Assembly (NCBI GenBank): GCA_963816185.1
Contig: CAWFJJ010000006.1
Location: 1,326-65,325, forward strand
Reading direction: 5' to 3'
Length of the DNA: 64,000 nucleotides
Origin: Thermoanaerobaculia bacterium
GTDB taxonomy: Bacteria; Acidobacteriota; Thermoanaerobaculia; UBA5066
Shown: in pieces, positions 31,092-42,289 of the stretch
Layout of the letters: each line of letters starts with the position of its first letter
How positions within the stretch are numbered: position 1 is the first letter of the stretch
Made by a program: the position numbers and the translations under genes
Notes under the pieces: generated by a model
Databases searched by the model: none
The model's input: only the letters and a program-made list of their open reading frames with translations
Told to the model about the DNA's origin: nothing

Positions 31092-32522
31092 ATGGCATAC
31101 CGAATGGCCCGGCAGGTCTGTGTCTTAGCGGCTATGTCAGGAAGTCCGCTTCTCTTGATGGCTCAGGAGCAGGGGCCGGCAGCAGAGGCTTCCGGGAACG
31201 AGGCATCGGTCCAGTCGCAAAATCTGGCCCCGGAGCAACTCGCCGACCTGGTCGCGCCCATCGCGCTGTATCCCGATCCGCTTCTGAGTCAGGTCCTGGT
31301 CGCGAGCACCTACCCGTTGGAGGTCGTCGAGGCGCAGCAGTGGCTGCAACGGAATAGACGTCTGAGGGGCCGGCAGCTGATGGACGCAGCCCAGGAGCAG
31401 AACTGGGACGCCAGCGTTCAGGGACTGGTGGCCTTTCCGGACGTGCTGGACACGCTGAACCAGGACGTCCAATGGACCACGGCATTGGGCAATGCCTTCC
31501 TCGCGCAGCAAGCGGACGTCATGAACGCGGTGCAGCGACTGCGCGCACGGGCGCAGGCGAACGGTACGCTCTCCTCCACCCGGGAGCAGACGGTTACCAC
31601 CGAGACGCCGGGCGAGCAGTCGGTCATAGAGATCGTGCCGGCCGATCCGCAGGTGATTTACGTGCCGGAATACGATCCAGACTCCATCTGGGGACCCCCG
31701 GAGTGGGGCACCTATCCGCCGCTGGATTACGTCAGCTACGGCTTCGGTTTCGGTCCGGCGATTGACATCGGATTTTGCTTCGGCGGGTGGAACGGCTGGG
31801 GCTGGCGCGGCTGGGGTTGGGGCTGGGGCCCGAACTGGTTTGGCGGCTCGGTGTTCGTCAACGGAGCGTTCTTCCGACATCATGGTTTCCACGGCCGGTT
31901 CCTGGCCGGCGGGTTTGCCGGCAGGAGGGTGTGGCGGCACGATCCAGGCCACCGGTCGGGAGTCTCGTACCCGAACGCTCGACTGGCAGCCCGGTATCAG
32001 TCTGCCTCGCTGGCTTCCCGGAGCACGATGGCAAGGCCGGAAAGCTTCAATTCGGCCCGATCGGCCGGCACGGGAAGCTGGAACCGGCTCGGGCCTGGGA
32101 CCGCGTCGACACGCGGAAGCCGACCGGTCACGCAGGGCGTTCGCGCCGCGACACCGCGGAGCACACGGCGCACAACCGAGGAAGCGTGGCGACGCTCTCC
32201 CGGTGCGCAACGCGAGCAGGTTCCCGTGCAGCGTTACTCGGCTCCGATGCGGCGCTATTCGGCCCCGGTGCGGCAGTACTCGGCTCCGGTGCAGCGGTAT
32301 TCGGCTCCGATCCAGCGGTATTCGGCTCCGGTGCAGCGGTATTCGGCTCCGGTCCAGCGCTACCCTTCTTCTACGCCGCGAGTGTCCCCGACGGGAAGTG
32401 GCGGGCGCAGCTTCGGCGGCGGTGCCGGCTCATACGGCTCAAGCCGTGGCGGAGGCGTGAGCAGCACGGGCGGCGGCCATGCCTCCGGTGGCGGCTCACA
32501 CGTTGGCGGCCACCGCCGGTGA
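31092..32522 (+). CDS. DUF3300 domain protein with C-terminal YSAP heptad repeats and Gly/Ser-rich tail
   Basis: 476-aa [35 protein letters not shown] is the DUF3300 signature. Also has a GW-rich segment and a VQRYSAP x7 block. Confidence 0.8.
   Translation: MAYRMARQVCVLAAMSGSPLLLMAQEQGPAAEASGNEASVQSQNLAPEQLADLVAPIALYPDPLLSQVLVASTYPLEVVEAQQWLQRNRRLRGRQLMDAAQEQNWDASVQGLVAFPDVLDTLNQDVQWTTALGNAFLAQQADVMNAVQRLRARAQANGTLSSTREQTVTTETPGEQSVIEIVPADPQVIYVPEYDPDSIWGPPEWGTYPPLDYVSYGFGFGPAIDIGFCFGGWNGWGWRGWGWGWGPNWFGGSVFVNGAFFRHHGFHGRFLAGGFAGRRVWRHDPGHRSGVSYPNARLAARYQSASLASRSTMARPESFNSARSAGTGSWNRLGPGTASTRGSRPVTQGVRAATPRSTRRTTEEAWRRSPGAQREQVPVQRYSAPMRRYSAPVRQYSAPVQRYSAPIQRYSAPVQRYSAPVQRYPSSTPRVSPTGSGGRSFGGGAGSYGSSRGGGVSSTGGGHASGGGSHVGGHRR
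32226..32364 (+). repeat. 21-nt tandem repeat (~6.5 copies) encoding (V/M/I)(Q/R)(R/Q)YSAP
   Basis: gtgcagcgttactcggctccg / atgcggcgctattcggccccg / gtgcggcagtactcggctccg / gtgcagcggtattcggctccg ... read directly from the sequence. Confidence 0.9.
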
Positions 32523-32682
32523 CTCGGATGAAGGAGTCGACCGCCTAGACGCCCCCGCGGCGCCCCCGCGCGCCTCGCCCGCGCTCCGCATCGCTCACGG
32601 GTCGGCCCTCGGTCGGCTTCCGGCTCTCCGCTTGATGATTGACGCGGGAAGAGCGGGAGTTCACTTTAGCCACGGAGGTTCC

Positions 32683-35214
32683 GTGCCGAAGATCGCTTTG
32701 TCGCTGCTGGAGGCGACCCTCGAGTCCACGGCGGACGGCATCCTCGTGGTGGACCTGAACGGGCGCATCGTCTCGTACAACCAACGGTTCGCCGAGATGT
32801 GGCGGATTCCCCCGGAAGTCCTGCAGACACACGACGACGATCGGGCGCTCGGCTTCGTCATCGAGCAACTCGCGGATCCGGAGGCCTTCCTCGAAAAGGT
32901 ACGGGAACTGTACGCAACCCCCGAGGCGGAGAGCATGGACGTCCTCACATTTCGCGACGGCCGGGTCTTCGAGCGCCTCTCGAGACCCCAGCTTCTGCAG
33001 GGACGCCCCGCGGGACGAGTCTGGAGCTTCCGAGACGTCACCGAGAGGAAGCGCTCCGAACTGCTACAGCAGGCGACCTATCGGATTTCCGAATCGGCGC
33101 ACGAGGCCACGAGCCTCGAGGAGCTCTTCCGGGCTCTTCACGCCATCGTCAGCGAGCTGATGCCGGCCCAGAATTTCTACATCGCTCTCCACGACCGGCA
33201 GAGCGACACCATCAGCTTCCCCTACTTCGTCGACGAGTTCGATGCTCCGCCCGCCCCCAAGCCCCTCGGACGGGGGCTCACCGAATACGTTCTTCGGACC
33301 GGCCAGCCGATCCTGGCCTCTCCGGAGGTTTTCGAGGAGCTTGTTCGCCGGGGGGAAGTCGAGCTCCTCGGCGCCCCCTCGGTCGACTGGCTCGGCGTTC
33401 CGTTGCGGACGGCTCAGGAGACGATCGGGATCGTCGTGGTCCAGAGCTACACGGAAGGTGTCCGGTTCCGCGACACCGACCGGGACCTCCTCGCGTTCGT
33501 GTCGACCCAGCTCGCGATGGCCATCGAGCGCAAGGCAGCCGAAGCGGCCATGCGGGCGTCAGAGCTTCGCTACCGACTTCTGTTCGAGCGGGGTCTGGCC
33601 GGCGTGTACCGGATGACTGCCGACGGGTACGTCGTGGAATGCAACCGGGCTCTCGCCAGCCTGCTCGGGTACGCTTCGCCCGGTGAAGTTCGCGGCCTCG
33701 GCCCCGCCGAGCTCTTCGTGGACCCTGCCGAGCGGCTGGCCGGACTCGAGCGTTTGCGCACACAGCGCATCGCCGTCAACCAGGAGGTGTGGATGCGTCG
33801 CCGCGACGACACATCCGTCTGGGTTCTCCTGAACGAGAGTCTCGTCCAGGAGGCCGGTGCCCCTCCCGTCGTGGACGGCAGTCTCATCGACATCACCGAC
33901 CGGAAGGTGGCGGAGGAGAAGAGCTGGAAGATGGCGCACCACGACTCGCTGACCGGCCTTCCCAATCGGACGCTCTTCAACGACCGTCTCGAGCTGGCCA
34001 TCCAGCGAGCTCGGCGAGGCAGCCAGCGGCTCGCCATCATGTTTCTGGACCTGGACGACTTCAAGCACGTCAACGACACGCTCGGGCATTCGGCAGGGGA
34101 CGAGCTGCTCGTGCAGGTCGGAGGGCGCCTCCGGCATATTCTTCGCGGAGAGGACACGGTGGCGCGACTGGGAGGAGACGAGTTTCTTCTCCTGATAACC
34201 GACGTTAAGGATTCGACCGGCGTCGGCGTGATGGCACGGAAGGTCCTCGCGGTCTTTGAATCTCCCTTCCTCGTCAAGAAAAGGGAGCTCTTTCTCTCCG
34301 CCAGCCTCGGCATCGTGCTCTACCCTGAAGACGGAAGCGACCCGGAGGTCCTGCTCTCCAACGTCGACACCGCGATGTACCGGGCGAAGAAGATCGGTCG
34401 TAACAACTACCAGTTCTTCACCGCCGAGATGCAGCAGCACGCACAGGAGCGGGCCCGGCTCGAGAGCGGTCTCAGGCGCGCCTTGCCGCGAGACGAGTTC
34501 GTGCTCCACTATCAGCCTATCCGGGACCTGCGCAGCAGAAAAATCGTCGGTCTCGAGGCGCTCGTGCGATGGCAGCACCCCGAGCACGGTTTGCTTCCCC
34601 CGCGAAACTTCGTTGCGCTCGCCGAGGACGTTGGCCTGATCATGCCGCTGGGAGCCTGGGTTCTCCGACGGGCCTGCGAACGAACGCGCGCCTGGCGGGA
34701 GCAAAACGTCCGCAACCTCACGATCGCCGTGAATCTGTCGGCCCGCCAGGTCCAGAGCGAGGAATTCGCGCGCCAGGTGACCCAGATTCTCCATGAAACA
34801 GGTCTGCCGCCGATCGGCCTCGACCTGGAGATCACCGAGTCCGCCGCCATGCAGAACGTCGAGGTCACCGGCCATGTCCTCGGTCAACTCTCGGCGCTGG
34901 GAGTGAGGATCTCCATCGACGACTTCGGCACGGGGCACTCGTCGCTCAGCTACCTGAAGCACTTCCCCATCAATCGCCTGAAGATAGACCGCTCGTTCAT
35001 CGACGGAATGACTCGCGACACGCGCGACCGCGCCATCGTCGCCGGAATCCTTTCCATCGCCCACAATCTCGGACTGAGGGTCGTAGCCGAAGGCGTCGAA
35101 ACCAAAGAGCAGGCTGCCCTCCTCGGAGATCTCGACTGTGACGAGGTGCAGGGGTTCTTCTTTGGCGCGCCTGTGCCCGAGAGCCAGGTCGAGAAGCTGC
35201 TTGCCGAGGGATAG
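32683..35214 (+). CDS. PAS-GAF-PAS-GGDEF-EAL signalling protein (c-di-GMP turnover)
   Basis: In-frame part of ORF 32479..35214. GTG 32683 has GGAGG 5 nt upstream (alternative ATG at 32635). Motifs RLGGDEFLL and [12 protein letters not shown]-like [16 protein letters not shown]. Confidence 0.85.
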   Translation: MPKIALSLLEATLESTADGILVVDLNGRIVSYNQRFAEMWRIPPEVLQTHDDDRALGFVIEQLADPEAFLEKVRELYATPEAESMDVLTFRDGRVFERLSRPQLLQGRPAGRVWSFRDVTERKRSELLQQATYRISESAHEATSLEELFRALHAIVSELMPAQNFYIALHDRQSDTISFPYFVDEFDAPPAPKPLGRGLTEYVLRTGQPILASPEVFEELVRRGEVELLGAPSVDWLGVPLRTAQETIGIVVVQSYTEGVRFRDTDRDLLAFVSTQLAMAIERKAAEAAMRASELRYRLLFERGLAGVYRMTADGYVVECNRALASLLGYASPGEVRGLGPAELFVDPAERLAGLERLRTQRIAVNQEVWMRRRDDTSVWVLLNESLVQEAGAPPVVDGSLIDITDRKVAEEKSWKMAHHDSLTGLPNRTLFNDRLELAIQRARRGSQRLAIMFLDLDDFKHVNDTLGHSAGDELLVQVGGRLRHILRGEDTVARLGGDEFLLLITDVKDSTGVGVMARKVLAVFESPFLVKKRELFLSASLGIVLYPEDGSDPEVLLSNVDTAMYRAKKIGRNNYQFFTAEMQQHAQERARLESGLRRALPRDEFVLHYQPIRDLRSRKIVGLEALVRWQHPEHGLLPPRNFVALAEDVGLIMPLGAWVLRRACERTRAWREQNVRNLTIAVNLSARQVQSEEFARQVTQILHETGLPPIGLDLEITESAAMQNVEVTGHVLGQLSALGVRISIDDFGTGHSSLSYLKHFPINRLKIDRSFIDGMTRDTRDRAIVAGILSIAHNLGLRVVAEGVETKEQAALLGDLDCDEVQGFFFGAPVPESQVEKLLAEG

Positions 35215-35431
35215 GACCGGGTACTCAGGGTAGGTTCCGGGGGGTCAACCAGTTGCGCGCCTGAGTCGCCATCAACTGAAGACTGCCCTCTCTCGCGCAG
35301 GTTCCAGACTGCCGGCTTAGGCGGGCTGGCCGTCGGCCGCGCAGGCCGGCAATTTTTCGATGTCAACTTCAAGCCGTGGGGAATATTCCCGGGCTTCCGC
35401 CAGTCCACTCATCAGCTTGGAGGGAGGCGTG

Positions 35432-35887
35432 ATGAGAAACGTCCGCCCACGCATGGAGTCTGCTCTGCTCGACGCCTCGTCCGTGTCGTCGGCGAGACGG
35501 CAGACTCCTGCGGTTGCAGCGCACGAACATGACGGACAGTGCAGACTTGCGGTATCCGCCACGACGTGGGTGTGTGCGCTCTTCCTGGCGTTCGCCTTGC
35601 TCGGCCCAAGCGGCGGCAACGCGCAAGCCCAGGTCGTCACCGAGTTCAGTTCCGGCATTACCGCCAGCGCAAGCCCCCTCGGCATCACGGCAGGCCCCGA
35701 CGGCAACCTGTGGTTCACGGAATACAGCGGCCACCGCATCGGGCGGATCACCCCGCTCGGAGCCGTGACCGAGTTCAGCGCCGGCATCACCGCCGGCGCG
35801 CGGCCCGTCGGCATCGCGTCCGGCCCCGATGGCGATTTGTGGTTCGCGGAAGACGACGGCAACCGGGTGAACGGCTTCTTCAGGTGA
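35432..35887 (+). CDS. truncated Vgb/streptogramin-lyase-like beta-propeller repeat protein
   Basis: ATG 35432 after GGAGGGAGG. TM/signal segment, then only two blades ([23 protein letters not shown] / [19 protein letters not shown]) before the stop. Confidence 0.5.
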   Translation: MRNVRPRMESALLDASSVSSARRQTPAVAAHEHDGQCRLAVSATTWVCALFLAFALLGPSGGNAQAQVVTEFSSGITASASPLGITAGPDGNLWFTEYSGHRIGRITPLGAVTEFSAGITAGARPVGIASGPDGDLWFAEDDGNRVNGFFR

Positions 35888-35954
35888 GCACTTGCGATCT
35901 TTCCGCCCGGAATCACTTTCAATGTGGGCACTTCTCAAGGAGGAGATTCGAATC

Positions 35955-36794
35955 ATGAAGTCACCGGCCGTTCGGGGGTACGCAGTCATCTTCGCTTTCG
36001 CTCTGCAACTCGTCGTCATGGGCCGCGCCTTGGCCGACGACCAAAAACACGATCCGCTCATCCTGGCGGCCGTGCCGGACTCGTCCGTCAGCCCGACTCA
36101 ACTCACGATCATGGGAGAGAACTTCGGTACGCTGAAGCCGGCAGTCACCCTCGATTCGATCCCGCTGACGGTCGTCAACTTCGGATCCACTTCTGTCACG
36201 GCGCTGCTTCCGGCAGGGCTGACTCCGGGCTCCTACCTGCTGACGTTGCAGCGGAACGGACAAAAGCAGAACACGGCGGAGTTCGATGTCGCACTCGGCG
36301 CGATCGGGCCAAAAGGCGAGAAGGGCGATCCGGGGGCTCTCGGACCGGCGGGGCCAGCGGGGCCATCCGGACCGACGGGGCCCGTCGGACCGACGGGTCC
36401 ACAGGGTCCAGAGGGAGCACCGGGCGCCGGTGCGAGTGACGTCTTCTCCGTCACGGGGCCGAGTGTCTCACTTCGCATCTTCGCCAAGAGCGTGGCCACC
36501 CTGGACGTGCCGGCTGGCGAATACTGGATCGTGTTCACGTCCACCGTGACGAATACGACGGGCGATATCTTGAACCCGACGGATACGATTGCGTGCTCGA
36601 TCGCCGGCGTCGGATCTCCGAACTCGGTTCGCCTTGGGCAGGACGCCAATCAGGGCGTCATGGCGCTTCAAGGGGTGGCCGCCTTTGGCGCGCCGACTTC
36701 GATAGACGTCACGTGTCAGGGATCCACCATATTCTTCAGTGGACGGTCCGACAACAACGTGCTGACCGCATTGAAGGTAGGCGCGATTCACTGA
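35955..36794 (+). CDS. secreted IPT/TIG-like plus collagen-triple-helix-repeat protein
   Basis: ATG 35955 after AAGGAGGAG. Signal peptide. 13 uninterrupted GXY triplets ([40 protein letters not shown]). Globular C-terminal domain. Confidence 0.75.
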   Translation: MKSPAVRGYAVIFAFALQLVVMGRALADDQKHDPLILAAVPDSSVSPTQLTIMGENFGTLKPAVTLDSIPLTVVNFGSTSVTALLPAGLTPGSYLLTLQRNGQKQNTAEFDVALGAIGPKGEKGDPGALGPAGPAGPSGPTGPVGPTGPQGPEGAPGAGASDVFSVTGPSVSLRIFAKSVATLDVPAGEYWIVFTSTVTNTTGDILNPTDTIACSIAGVGSPNSVRLGQDANQGVMALQGVAAFGAPTSIDVTCQGSTIFFSGRSDNNVLTALKVGAIH

Positions 36795-36847
36795 GCCCGA
36801 TCCGTTTGTCGACCGATTCGTGCGCGTAAACTGCGGCGAGGGAGTCG

Positions 36848-37309
36848 GTGCCACAGCGTCTTCAGATCTCCGGTTCGCGGGCGATCATCCTCATCCGGCT
36901 GATGGTGGGGATCGTGTTCCTCTCCGAGGGGATCCAGAAATTCCTCCACCCGGCTGAGATGGGGGCGGGACGCTTCGCGAAGATCGGAATCCCGTCGCCC
37001 GAGCTCATGGGACCCTTCGTCGGCGTGGCCGAGATCGTGTGCGGGACCCTGGTCCTCTTAGGGCTCTTCATCCGTCTCGCGGCCGCCGTCATGCTGATCA
37101 ACATCTCGGTCGCGCTGCTGTCGACGAAGCTGCCGATCCTGCTCGGACGTGCCATAGGACCTTTTGCTCTCCCGAAGGTCCCGCGATACGGCGTCTGGAG
37201 CTCGCTGCACGAGGCGCGCGTCGATCTCTGCATGTGGCTCGGCTCGCTCTTCCTGATCCTGGTGTCGGCGAAAACGAGAGCCGGGCAGGTCAAGGATCCG
37301 CCTCGTTAG
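36848..37309 (+). CDS. DoxX family membrane protein
   Basis: 153-aa ORF with four TM helices. RLMVGIVFLSEGIQKF and GVAEIVCGTLVLLGLF are typical of DoxX. Confidence 0.7.
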   Translation: MPQRLQISGSRAIILIRLMVGIVFLSEGIQKFLHPAEMGAGRFAKIGIPSPELMGPFVGVAEIVCGTLVLLGLFIRLAAAVMLINISVALLSTKLPILLGRAIGPFALPKVPRYGVWSSLHEARVDLCMWLGSLFLILVSAKTRAGQVKDPPR

Positions 37310-37348
37310 AAGGCGACCGCCGCCCCGTGCGCGGGCGATAATGAGTTC

Positions 37349-37708
37349 ATGAATCTTTTGAACGAGCGTCTCCATGGCGTTCTCGACCTCGTCACCGTAG
37401 CCGTCTTTCTTCTCGCGCCATCTTTCTTCGGGCTCGGTGGCTACGTGGCCGCCGTGGCTTGGGCGCTCGCGGTCGTCCATCTTCTGATGACACTCTTCAC
37501 GCGTTTTCCGCTTGGCGTCGTCAAGGTGATCCCTTTCCCGATTCACGGGGTGGTCGAGCTCGTCGCCGGAGTCGTCCTCGTGCTCGCCATGCCGCGTTTG
37601 CTCCGCGCCGGCCCCGGCTCGCCTGCACGAACGTTCTTCATCGGCGCGGGCGTGGCCATCCTCATCGTCTGGCTGCTGACGCGCTACCGGGAGTCTCCGC
37701 GGCGCTGA
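37349..37708 (+). CDS. hypothetical 4-TM membrane protein
   Basis: 119-aa ORF, hydrophobic throughout. I recognise no family. Confidence 0.5.
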   Translation: MNLLNERLHGVLDLVTVAVFLLAPSFFGLGGYVAAVAWALAVVHLLMTLFTRFPLGVVKVIPFPIHGVVELVAGVVLVLAMPRLLRAGPGSPARTFFIGAGVAILIVWLLTRYRESPRR

Positions 37709-37728
37709 CGCTCGGGGCCTTACGCAGC

Positions 37729-40425
37729 TCACGGCTTCGCCGCGAGCCGCGCGTCCAGGTTCTCGAGCCAGTGGAACGTGGCGATCACGGTGCGGGTCGG
37801 GGCCGTCCCGTCCTGCGAGCTGGTCGGCTCGAGGAAGACGAAGGAGCCGTCCGGAAAAACGTCGTAGGTGGTATGCGCGGCACCCTGCGGCCGCGCGAAG
37901 CGGTCCTTGAAAACGGTGACCGGCGGCTGGAAGGCGGGCGCCGGAGCCGTGCCGAGGCGCGCCACCATCAGATCGGCGTCGGAGCGGAAGTAGAGTGACC
38001 GGCCGTCGCGCGCCCAGACGGGCTGGATACCCCCGTCGGTCGAGATCGGTACTTTGCCGCCACCGTTCGGCAAGGGCTGCAGATAGACCTCGTCCCGCCC
38101 GGACTCGTTCGACCGGTACGCGAGCCACCGGCCGTCGGGGGAGACCCGGCCCGAGGACTCGTCGAACGGCGTTTCGAGGAAAGGCCGCGGCATCGGCTTC
38201 TCTTCCAGGTCCAGGCGCACGATGTCGGTGCGCGATTTCGTTCGATACACGTCCACCAACAGGAACCGGCCGTCGGGGGACCAGTCGGTCACGTGGGCGT
38301 GGTCGGAAAGAGTCCAGAGCACCTCCTCGGCGCCGCTGCCGTCGGCGGGCCTCCGGATCACGCGCCGCTTCTCCCCCCGCGTTGCGCTGAACGCGATCCA
38401 CCGGCCGTCGGGGGACCAGACCGGCGTCTCGTCCTCCCCCGGCTCGAACGTCAGCCGCGTCAGCGAGTCGCGCACGAGGTCGAGCGTCCAGACGTCGTCT
38501 CCCTCTTCCTGCACGTGGAGCGCGAGGCGGCGTCCGTCGGGCGAAACGCGCGAGTCCGAGTACTCGTGGACCGTCTTCGACAGGGGCGTGGCGAGACCGG
38601 TCGCCTTCACGCGCCGCAGGAGACAGGGCGACTCGTTGAGGACGCTCCCCGGCAGGTGGACCAGAGTACCCGTCTCCGAGACGTCGTATTGCGCGGCGCT
38701 GCCCACCAGCGCGACTCCCGGGACCACGAGGACGGGCTCCTTCGTGAGCCGTCGCTCGCGGAGCGACAGGGGCGCCGCGAATAGGCCTTCGGCGCGGGCC
38801 ACGAGCAGCATCCCGGTGGCGAGCCAGGTCGGGCTGGTTCCCGTCGTGAGCGTGGTCTCCTTCCCGTCCTCGAGCGACCGCAGGACGACCTGGCCGTCGG
38901 GCGCGAACGAGATCGCCGCCTGGCGAGCGTAGAGAAGCCAGCGGGAGCCCGGGAGCATCTGCGGGTGTGCGAGGCTCGAGCCGGCGACGACCAGCTGCGA
39001 CGTGCCTCCGGTCGCCGGGACGACGCGGATACCGTCGAGCGCGCCGAAGTAGATGAGGCCGTTGTCTCCCCATGCGATGCCGCTCGGACCGGACGAGAGG
39101 TTCGTCCCGATCTCCGCCACGAGCACGACCTCGCTCGACCCGACCGCGACCTTCTTGATGGCGGTGTCGGTGGTGAAGCCGATGAAGCGGCTGTCGGGCG
39201 AGAAGAAGACGCTCTGGATCCCGTCCGATCCCGGGACCCGCGACGACCCCAGCTCGTCGAGGTGCCGGACCTCGAGGTACGAGCCCGTTCCGACCGACCC
39301 AACGACCGAGGCGAGGGTGCGGCCGTCGGGCGCGATCGCGAGAAGGCGCCGCTGGATCGTGAGGCCGAGTCGGGGTCCCATCGGGTAGCTCGTCCGGATG
39401 AGCGGGTGCCGGCGGACCGCCGGCGCGGGCTTCAGCATCCACGCCGCGGCGGCCGCGAGGGCGGCCGCACCGAGCACGGCGATTGCGAGGGGGAGAGAAG
39501 GGCTCCGGCGGGTCGCGGCGGGGGCTTCGGCGAGCCGGTCGGTGCCGGCGACGTCGAGCTCGAGGCGCGCGTCGCCGATGTCGCGGAGCCGCAGTTTCGG
39601 TTCGCGCACGAGGCAGCGGATCAGGAGGCGGCGAACGTGGTCGGGAGTCTCCGCCGGGAGCGCGGCAAGGTCCAGGTCCTGCCTCAGGACCGCAGCCAGC
39701 GTGTCGCTGACCGTCTCGCCACCGAAGAGGCGCTTGCCCGCGAGCATCTCGTGGAGGACGACGCCGAAGGACCAGATGTCGGTCCTCTTGTCGACCGGTT
39801 TGCCGCGCGCCTGCTCGGGGCTCATGTAAGCCGCGGTGCCGAGGATCATTCCCGCCTCGGTCAAATGTCGAGACATCGTCGGCGACTGCGTGAGGGACGC
39901 TACACTCGAGGCCGCGGCGTCGTCTCCCCCGAACGCCTTCGCGAGCCCGAAGTCGAGGATCTTCACGACCCCGTCGCGCGTGAGTTTCACGTTCGCGGGC
40001 TTCAGGTCGCGGTGGACGATCCCCTTCTCGTGCGCCGCCTCGAGCCCCTCGGCGATCTGCTTCGCGATCGCGATTGCCTCGTCCACCGGGATCGCGCCGC
40101 GCGCGAGGCGCCGCGCGAGGTCCTCGCCGTCGACGAGCTCCATGACGAGGATGTGGCGCGTCGAAGAGGAAGAGGAAGAGGGGATTTCTTCGAAGGAATA
40201 GATGGCGGCGATCCCGGGATGGTTCAGGCTAGCCAGCGTGCGGGCTTCCCTTTCGAAGCGCGCTCTTCTTTCTTCACCTTCAAAGAATTTTTCCGGCAGC
40301 ACCTTGATCGCAACGTCTCTCGCGAGCCGAGGGTCCCGGGCGCGGTAGACCTCGCCCATCCCGCCCGCGCCGAGAGGCGAGGACACCTCGTAGGGACCGA
40401 GCCTAGTACCGGGCTCGAGAGCCAT
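37729..40425 (-). CDS. Ser/Thr protein kinase fused to TolB-like beta-propeller
   Basis: 898-aa ORF. Motifs GAGGMGEVYRA, VAIKVL, HRDLKPANV, DFGLAKA. One TM helix. Many SPDGR-type propeller repeats. Confidence 0.9.
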   Translation of the reverse strand: MALEPGTRLGPYEVSSPLGAGGMGEVYRARDPRLARDVAIKVLPEKFFEGEERRARFEREARTLASLNHPGIAAIYSFEEIPSSSSSSTRHILVMELVDGEDLARRLARGAIPVDEAIAIAKQIAEGLEAAHEKGIVHRDLKPANVKLTRDGVVKILDFGLAKAFGGDDAAASSVASLTQSPTMSRHLTEAGMILGTAAYMSPEQARGKPVDKRTDIWSFGVVLHEMLAGKRLFGGETVSDTLAAVLRQDLDLAALPAETPDHVRRLLIRCLVREPKLRLRDIGDARLELDVAGTDRLAEAPAATRRSPSLPLAIAVLGAAALAAAAAWMLKPAPAVRRHPLIRTSYPMGPRLGLTIQRRLLAIAPDGRTLASVVGSVGTGSYLEVRHLDELGSSRVPGSDGIQSVFFSPDSRFIGFTTDTAIKKVAVGSSEVVLVAEIGTNLSSGPSGIAWGDNGLIYFGALDGIRVVPATGGTSQLVVAGSSLAHPQMLPGSRWLLYARQAAISFAPDGQVVLRSLEDGKETTLTTGTSPTWLATGMLLVARAEGLFAAPLSLRERRLTKEPVLVVPGVALVGSAAQYDVSETGTLVHLPGSVLNESPCLLRRVKATGLATPLSKTVHEYSDSRVSPDGRRLALHVQEEGDDVWTLDLVRDSLTRLTFEPGEDETPVWSPDGRWIAFSATRGEKRRVIRRPADGSGAEEVLWTLSDHAHVTDWSPDGRFLLVDVYRTKSRTDIVRLDLEEKPMPRPFLETPFDESSGRVSPDGRWLAYRSNESGRDEVYLQPLPNGGGKVPISTDGGIQPVWARDGRSLYFRSDADLMVARLGTAPAPAFQPPVTVFKDRFARPQGAAHTTYDVFPDGSFVFLEPTSSQDGTAPTRTVIATFHWLENLDARLAAKP

Positions 40426-40538
40426 CCGCCCCCTCCGACTCGACGGGTTACGTGGTCCGAGCTGTCGGCGGGCAGTCTACCCTTCACCTCAAGAGGCGGA
40501 TGCCTCATCCGAGCCCGGCTCCGCGGCCGAAGAATGAA

Positions 40539-41210
40539 TCAAGGCACGGCGTCCTGAACCACGACCTCTACGCGGCGGTTCTGACTCCGGCCCTCTGGCG
40601 TGCCGTTACTCGCTACCGGTTTTGTCGAACCGTAACCGTGGGTCTCGATTCGGTCCCCCGAAACGCCGTTCTTGATGAAGATGGCTCTTACGGACTCGGC
40701 CCTGAGCTCTGAGAGCCTCATGTTGAACTTGGCCGGCCCGGTCGAGTCGGTGTGGCCTTCCACGAGGATTTTTCCGTCGGCGGCGCCGGCCAGCGCCTGA
40801 CCGATCCGGGCGAGGCGCTCGCGGGCGCGACGCTTCACATCCGAGTGGCCGGAATCGAAGTACACGCTACCGGGAAGCGTCAGAACGATCCCTCGCGGCT
40901 CGATCCGCGCGGACTGCTCGATCTGCTGGAGACGGACCAGGAGCTCGCCTTGCCTCTTCTCGCGCTCGGCGGCCTGCCTCCGGGCTTCGTCGGCCCGGGC
41001 GCGCTCTTCATCCGCCCGCCGGGCAGCGGCAACCTGCTCGTCGGCCTGGCGCTTCTCTGCGGCAGCCTGCTCCTCGGTCTGCTTCTTCTCCTCTCCGTCC
41101 GGCTTAGGTTTCGTTTCCGCGCAGGCGCCGAGGAAGAGGAGAACGGCGGCCGCAGAGAGGACCGCCGACGCGGAGGTCCGTCGCGAGAGAGCGTCACGAA
41201 TCATTGTCAT
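40539..41210 (-). CDS. OmpA-family lipoprotein with coiled-coil linker
   Basis: ATG 41210 with GGGAGGA upstream, inside ORF 40539..41318. Lipobox LFLGAC. OmpA C-terminal domain (VEGHTDSTGPAKFNMRLSELRAESV). Confidence 0.8.
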   Translation of the reverse strand: MTMIRDALSRRTSASAVLSAAAVLLFLGACAETKPKPDGEEKKQTEEQAAAEKRQADEQVAAARRADEERARADEARRQAAEREKRQGELLVRLQQIEQSARIEPRGIVLTLPGSVYFDSGHSDVKRRARERLARIGQALAGAADGKILVEGHTDSTGPAKFNMRLSELRAESVRAIFIKNGVSGDRIETHGYGSTKPVASNGTPEGRSQNRRVEVVVQDAVP

Positions 41211-41392
41211 TCCTCCCACGGGCCCCGCGCTTGCGCGTTGAATTCCCGATTCCGCTTGTCGAGGTCGTCGAGCTGTTCTTGGAGCGTGGCCGCTTGCTCC
41301 GCGAGCTGAACAGAGCACGCTTTACCCCAAGGCGGCACGGGAGGGCCTCGATCCACTGGTGGCGCGCCCCGCGTGCGCGCCGATGATCGAGA

Positions 41393-41977
41393 TCACTGAA
41401 GCGCGCCGGCAAAGCCCGCGCTCCCGGATCCCCGGGTCCTTCCCACCCTCGCCTCACTGACGACCGCAACAGCGACCGGATCCCGATTGGGAATCCCGCG
41501 GTCGAGGGCCTTCTCAACCTTGGTGGCGACCTCGCTCTCCGGCAGTCCGTTGATCTGCGCGATCTCGGAGACGATGAGATACCGGGCGTGCTCGTACATC
41601 TTCTTCTCTTGAGAGGAGAGCGCCTTCTGCGTCTGGGCACACGCCAGGTTCCTGAGGACGTCGGCGATATCCGTGAGGTGGCCCGAGCGCATTCTGTCTA
41701 GGTTCTGCTTGTACCGGCCTTTCCAGTCGGCGCTCGGCGGGAGCGTCGCGTTCTCGAGGACGCGGAACACCGACCCCACATCCGTGCGCCGTGTGAGCAG
41801 GCGCAGCCCAATGCGGTCGGAGTTTCCCACCGGCACCATCACGCGCGAATTGTTTCCGAAAAGGCGAAGGTGGTACCAGGGGACGGGCGAGCCTCCGAGG
41901 AGGGAGTCCTGAATCGTTTCGACGACCCCGACACCGTAGTTCGGGTAAACAAGCCTATCGCCGATCTTGAAGGACAC
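41393..41977 (-). CDS. carD: CarD/CdnL family RNA-polymerase-binding regulator with ~30-residue C-terminal extension
   Basis: 194-aa ORF. FKIGDRLVYPNYGVGVVETI is the Tudor-like N-terminus of the family. The tail ..RTRGSGSAGFAGALQ is encoded by a 64-nt sequence repeated at 46172. Confidence 0.85.
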   Translation of the reverse strand: MSFKIGDRLVYPNYGVGVVETIQDSLLGGSPVPWYHLRLFGNNSRVMVPVGNSDRIGLRLLTRRTDVGSVFRVLENATLPPSADWKGRYKQNLDRMRSGHLTDIADVLRNLACAQTQKALSSQEKKMYEHARYLIVSEIAQINGLPESEVATKVEKALDRGIPNRDPVAVAVVSEARVGRTRGSGSAGFAGALQ

Positions 41978-42289
41978 GGAATTGCCTCCTTTAGAAGCGC
42001 AACTGCGAGGATACTCCTACGCCTCTCATCCGTCAATGGCGTCTATGGCGGACGCGGCCGATGGCGGACTGTTGCAAGCATGCGAAACATACGTCCTATG
42101 GTGGGAGATTGGTTAACTGCGCCGGCCTCGCAAAGAGAAGCAGAGCTTGCAAGCCTCTAAGAACCGTACCCCACGAACGTACGCGCGCCGACGTAGTCGT
42201 ATCCCTCGGTCGAAGGGGTTATAAGCTAGCGGGAGTCCGCCCCTGCGGATTTCTGCCTGATCGGATGGCTCCTGAAAGGAGAACAACCC

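Noticed and set aside
32479-32682. N-terminal extension of the GGDEF/EAL ORF
   Set aside because: It overlaps the end of the DUF3300 gene in another frame. A GTG with a strong GGAGG lies at 32683, just before the first PAS domain.
37058-39442. 794-aa reverse ORF in another frame of the kinase::TolB gene, plus many similar ORFs (for example 3659..5404, 29082..31049, 33559..35064, 53411..54580)
   Set aside because: In each case a different frame or strand carries an unmistakable domain signature. These ORFs are GC-driven artefacts.
41314-41329. Reverse-strand TGGGGTAAAGCGTGCT upstream of the OmpA-like gene as a fourth sigma-54 promoter
   Set aside because: The register is correct, but only GG and TGC match. 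This is too weak to call without a scoring matrix.
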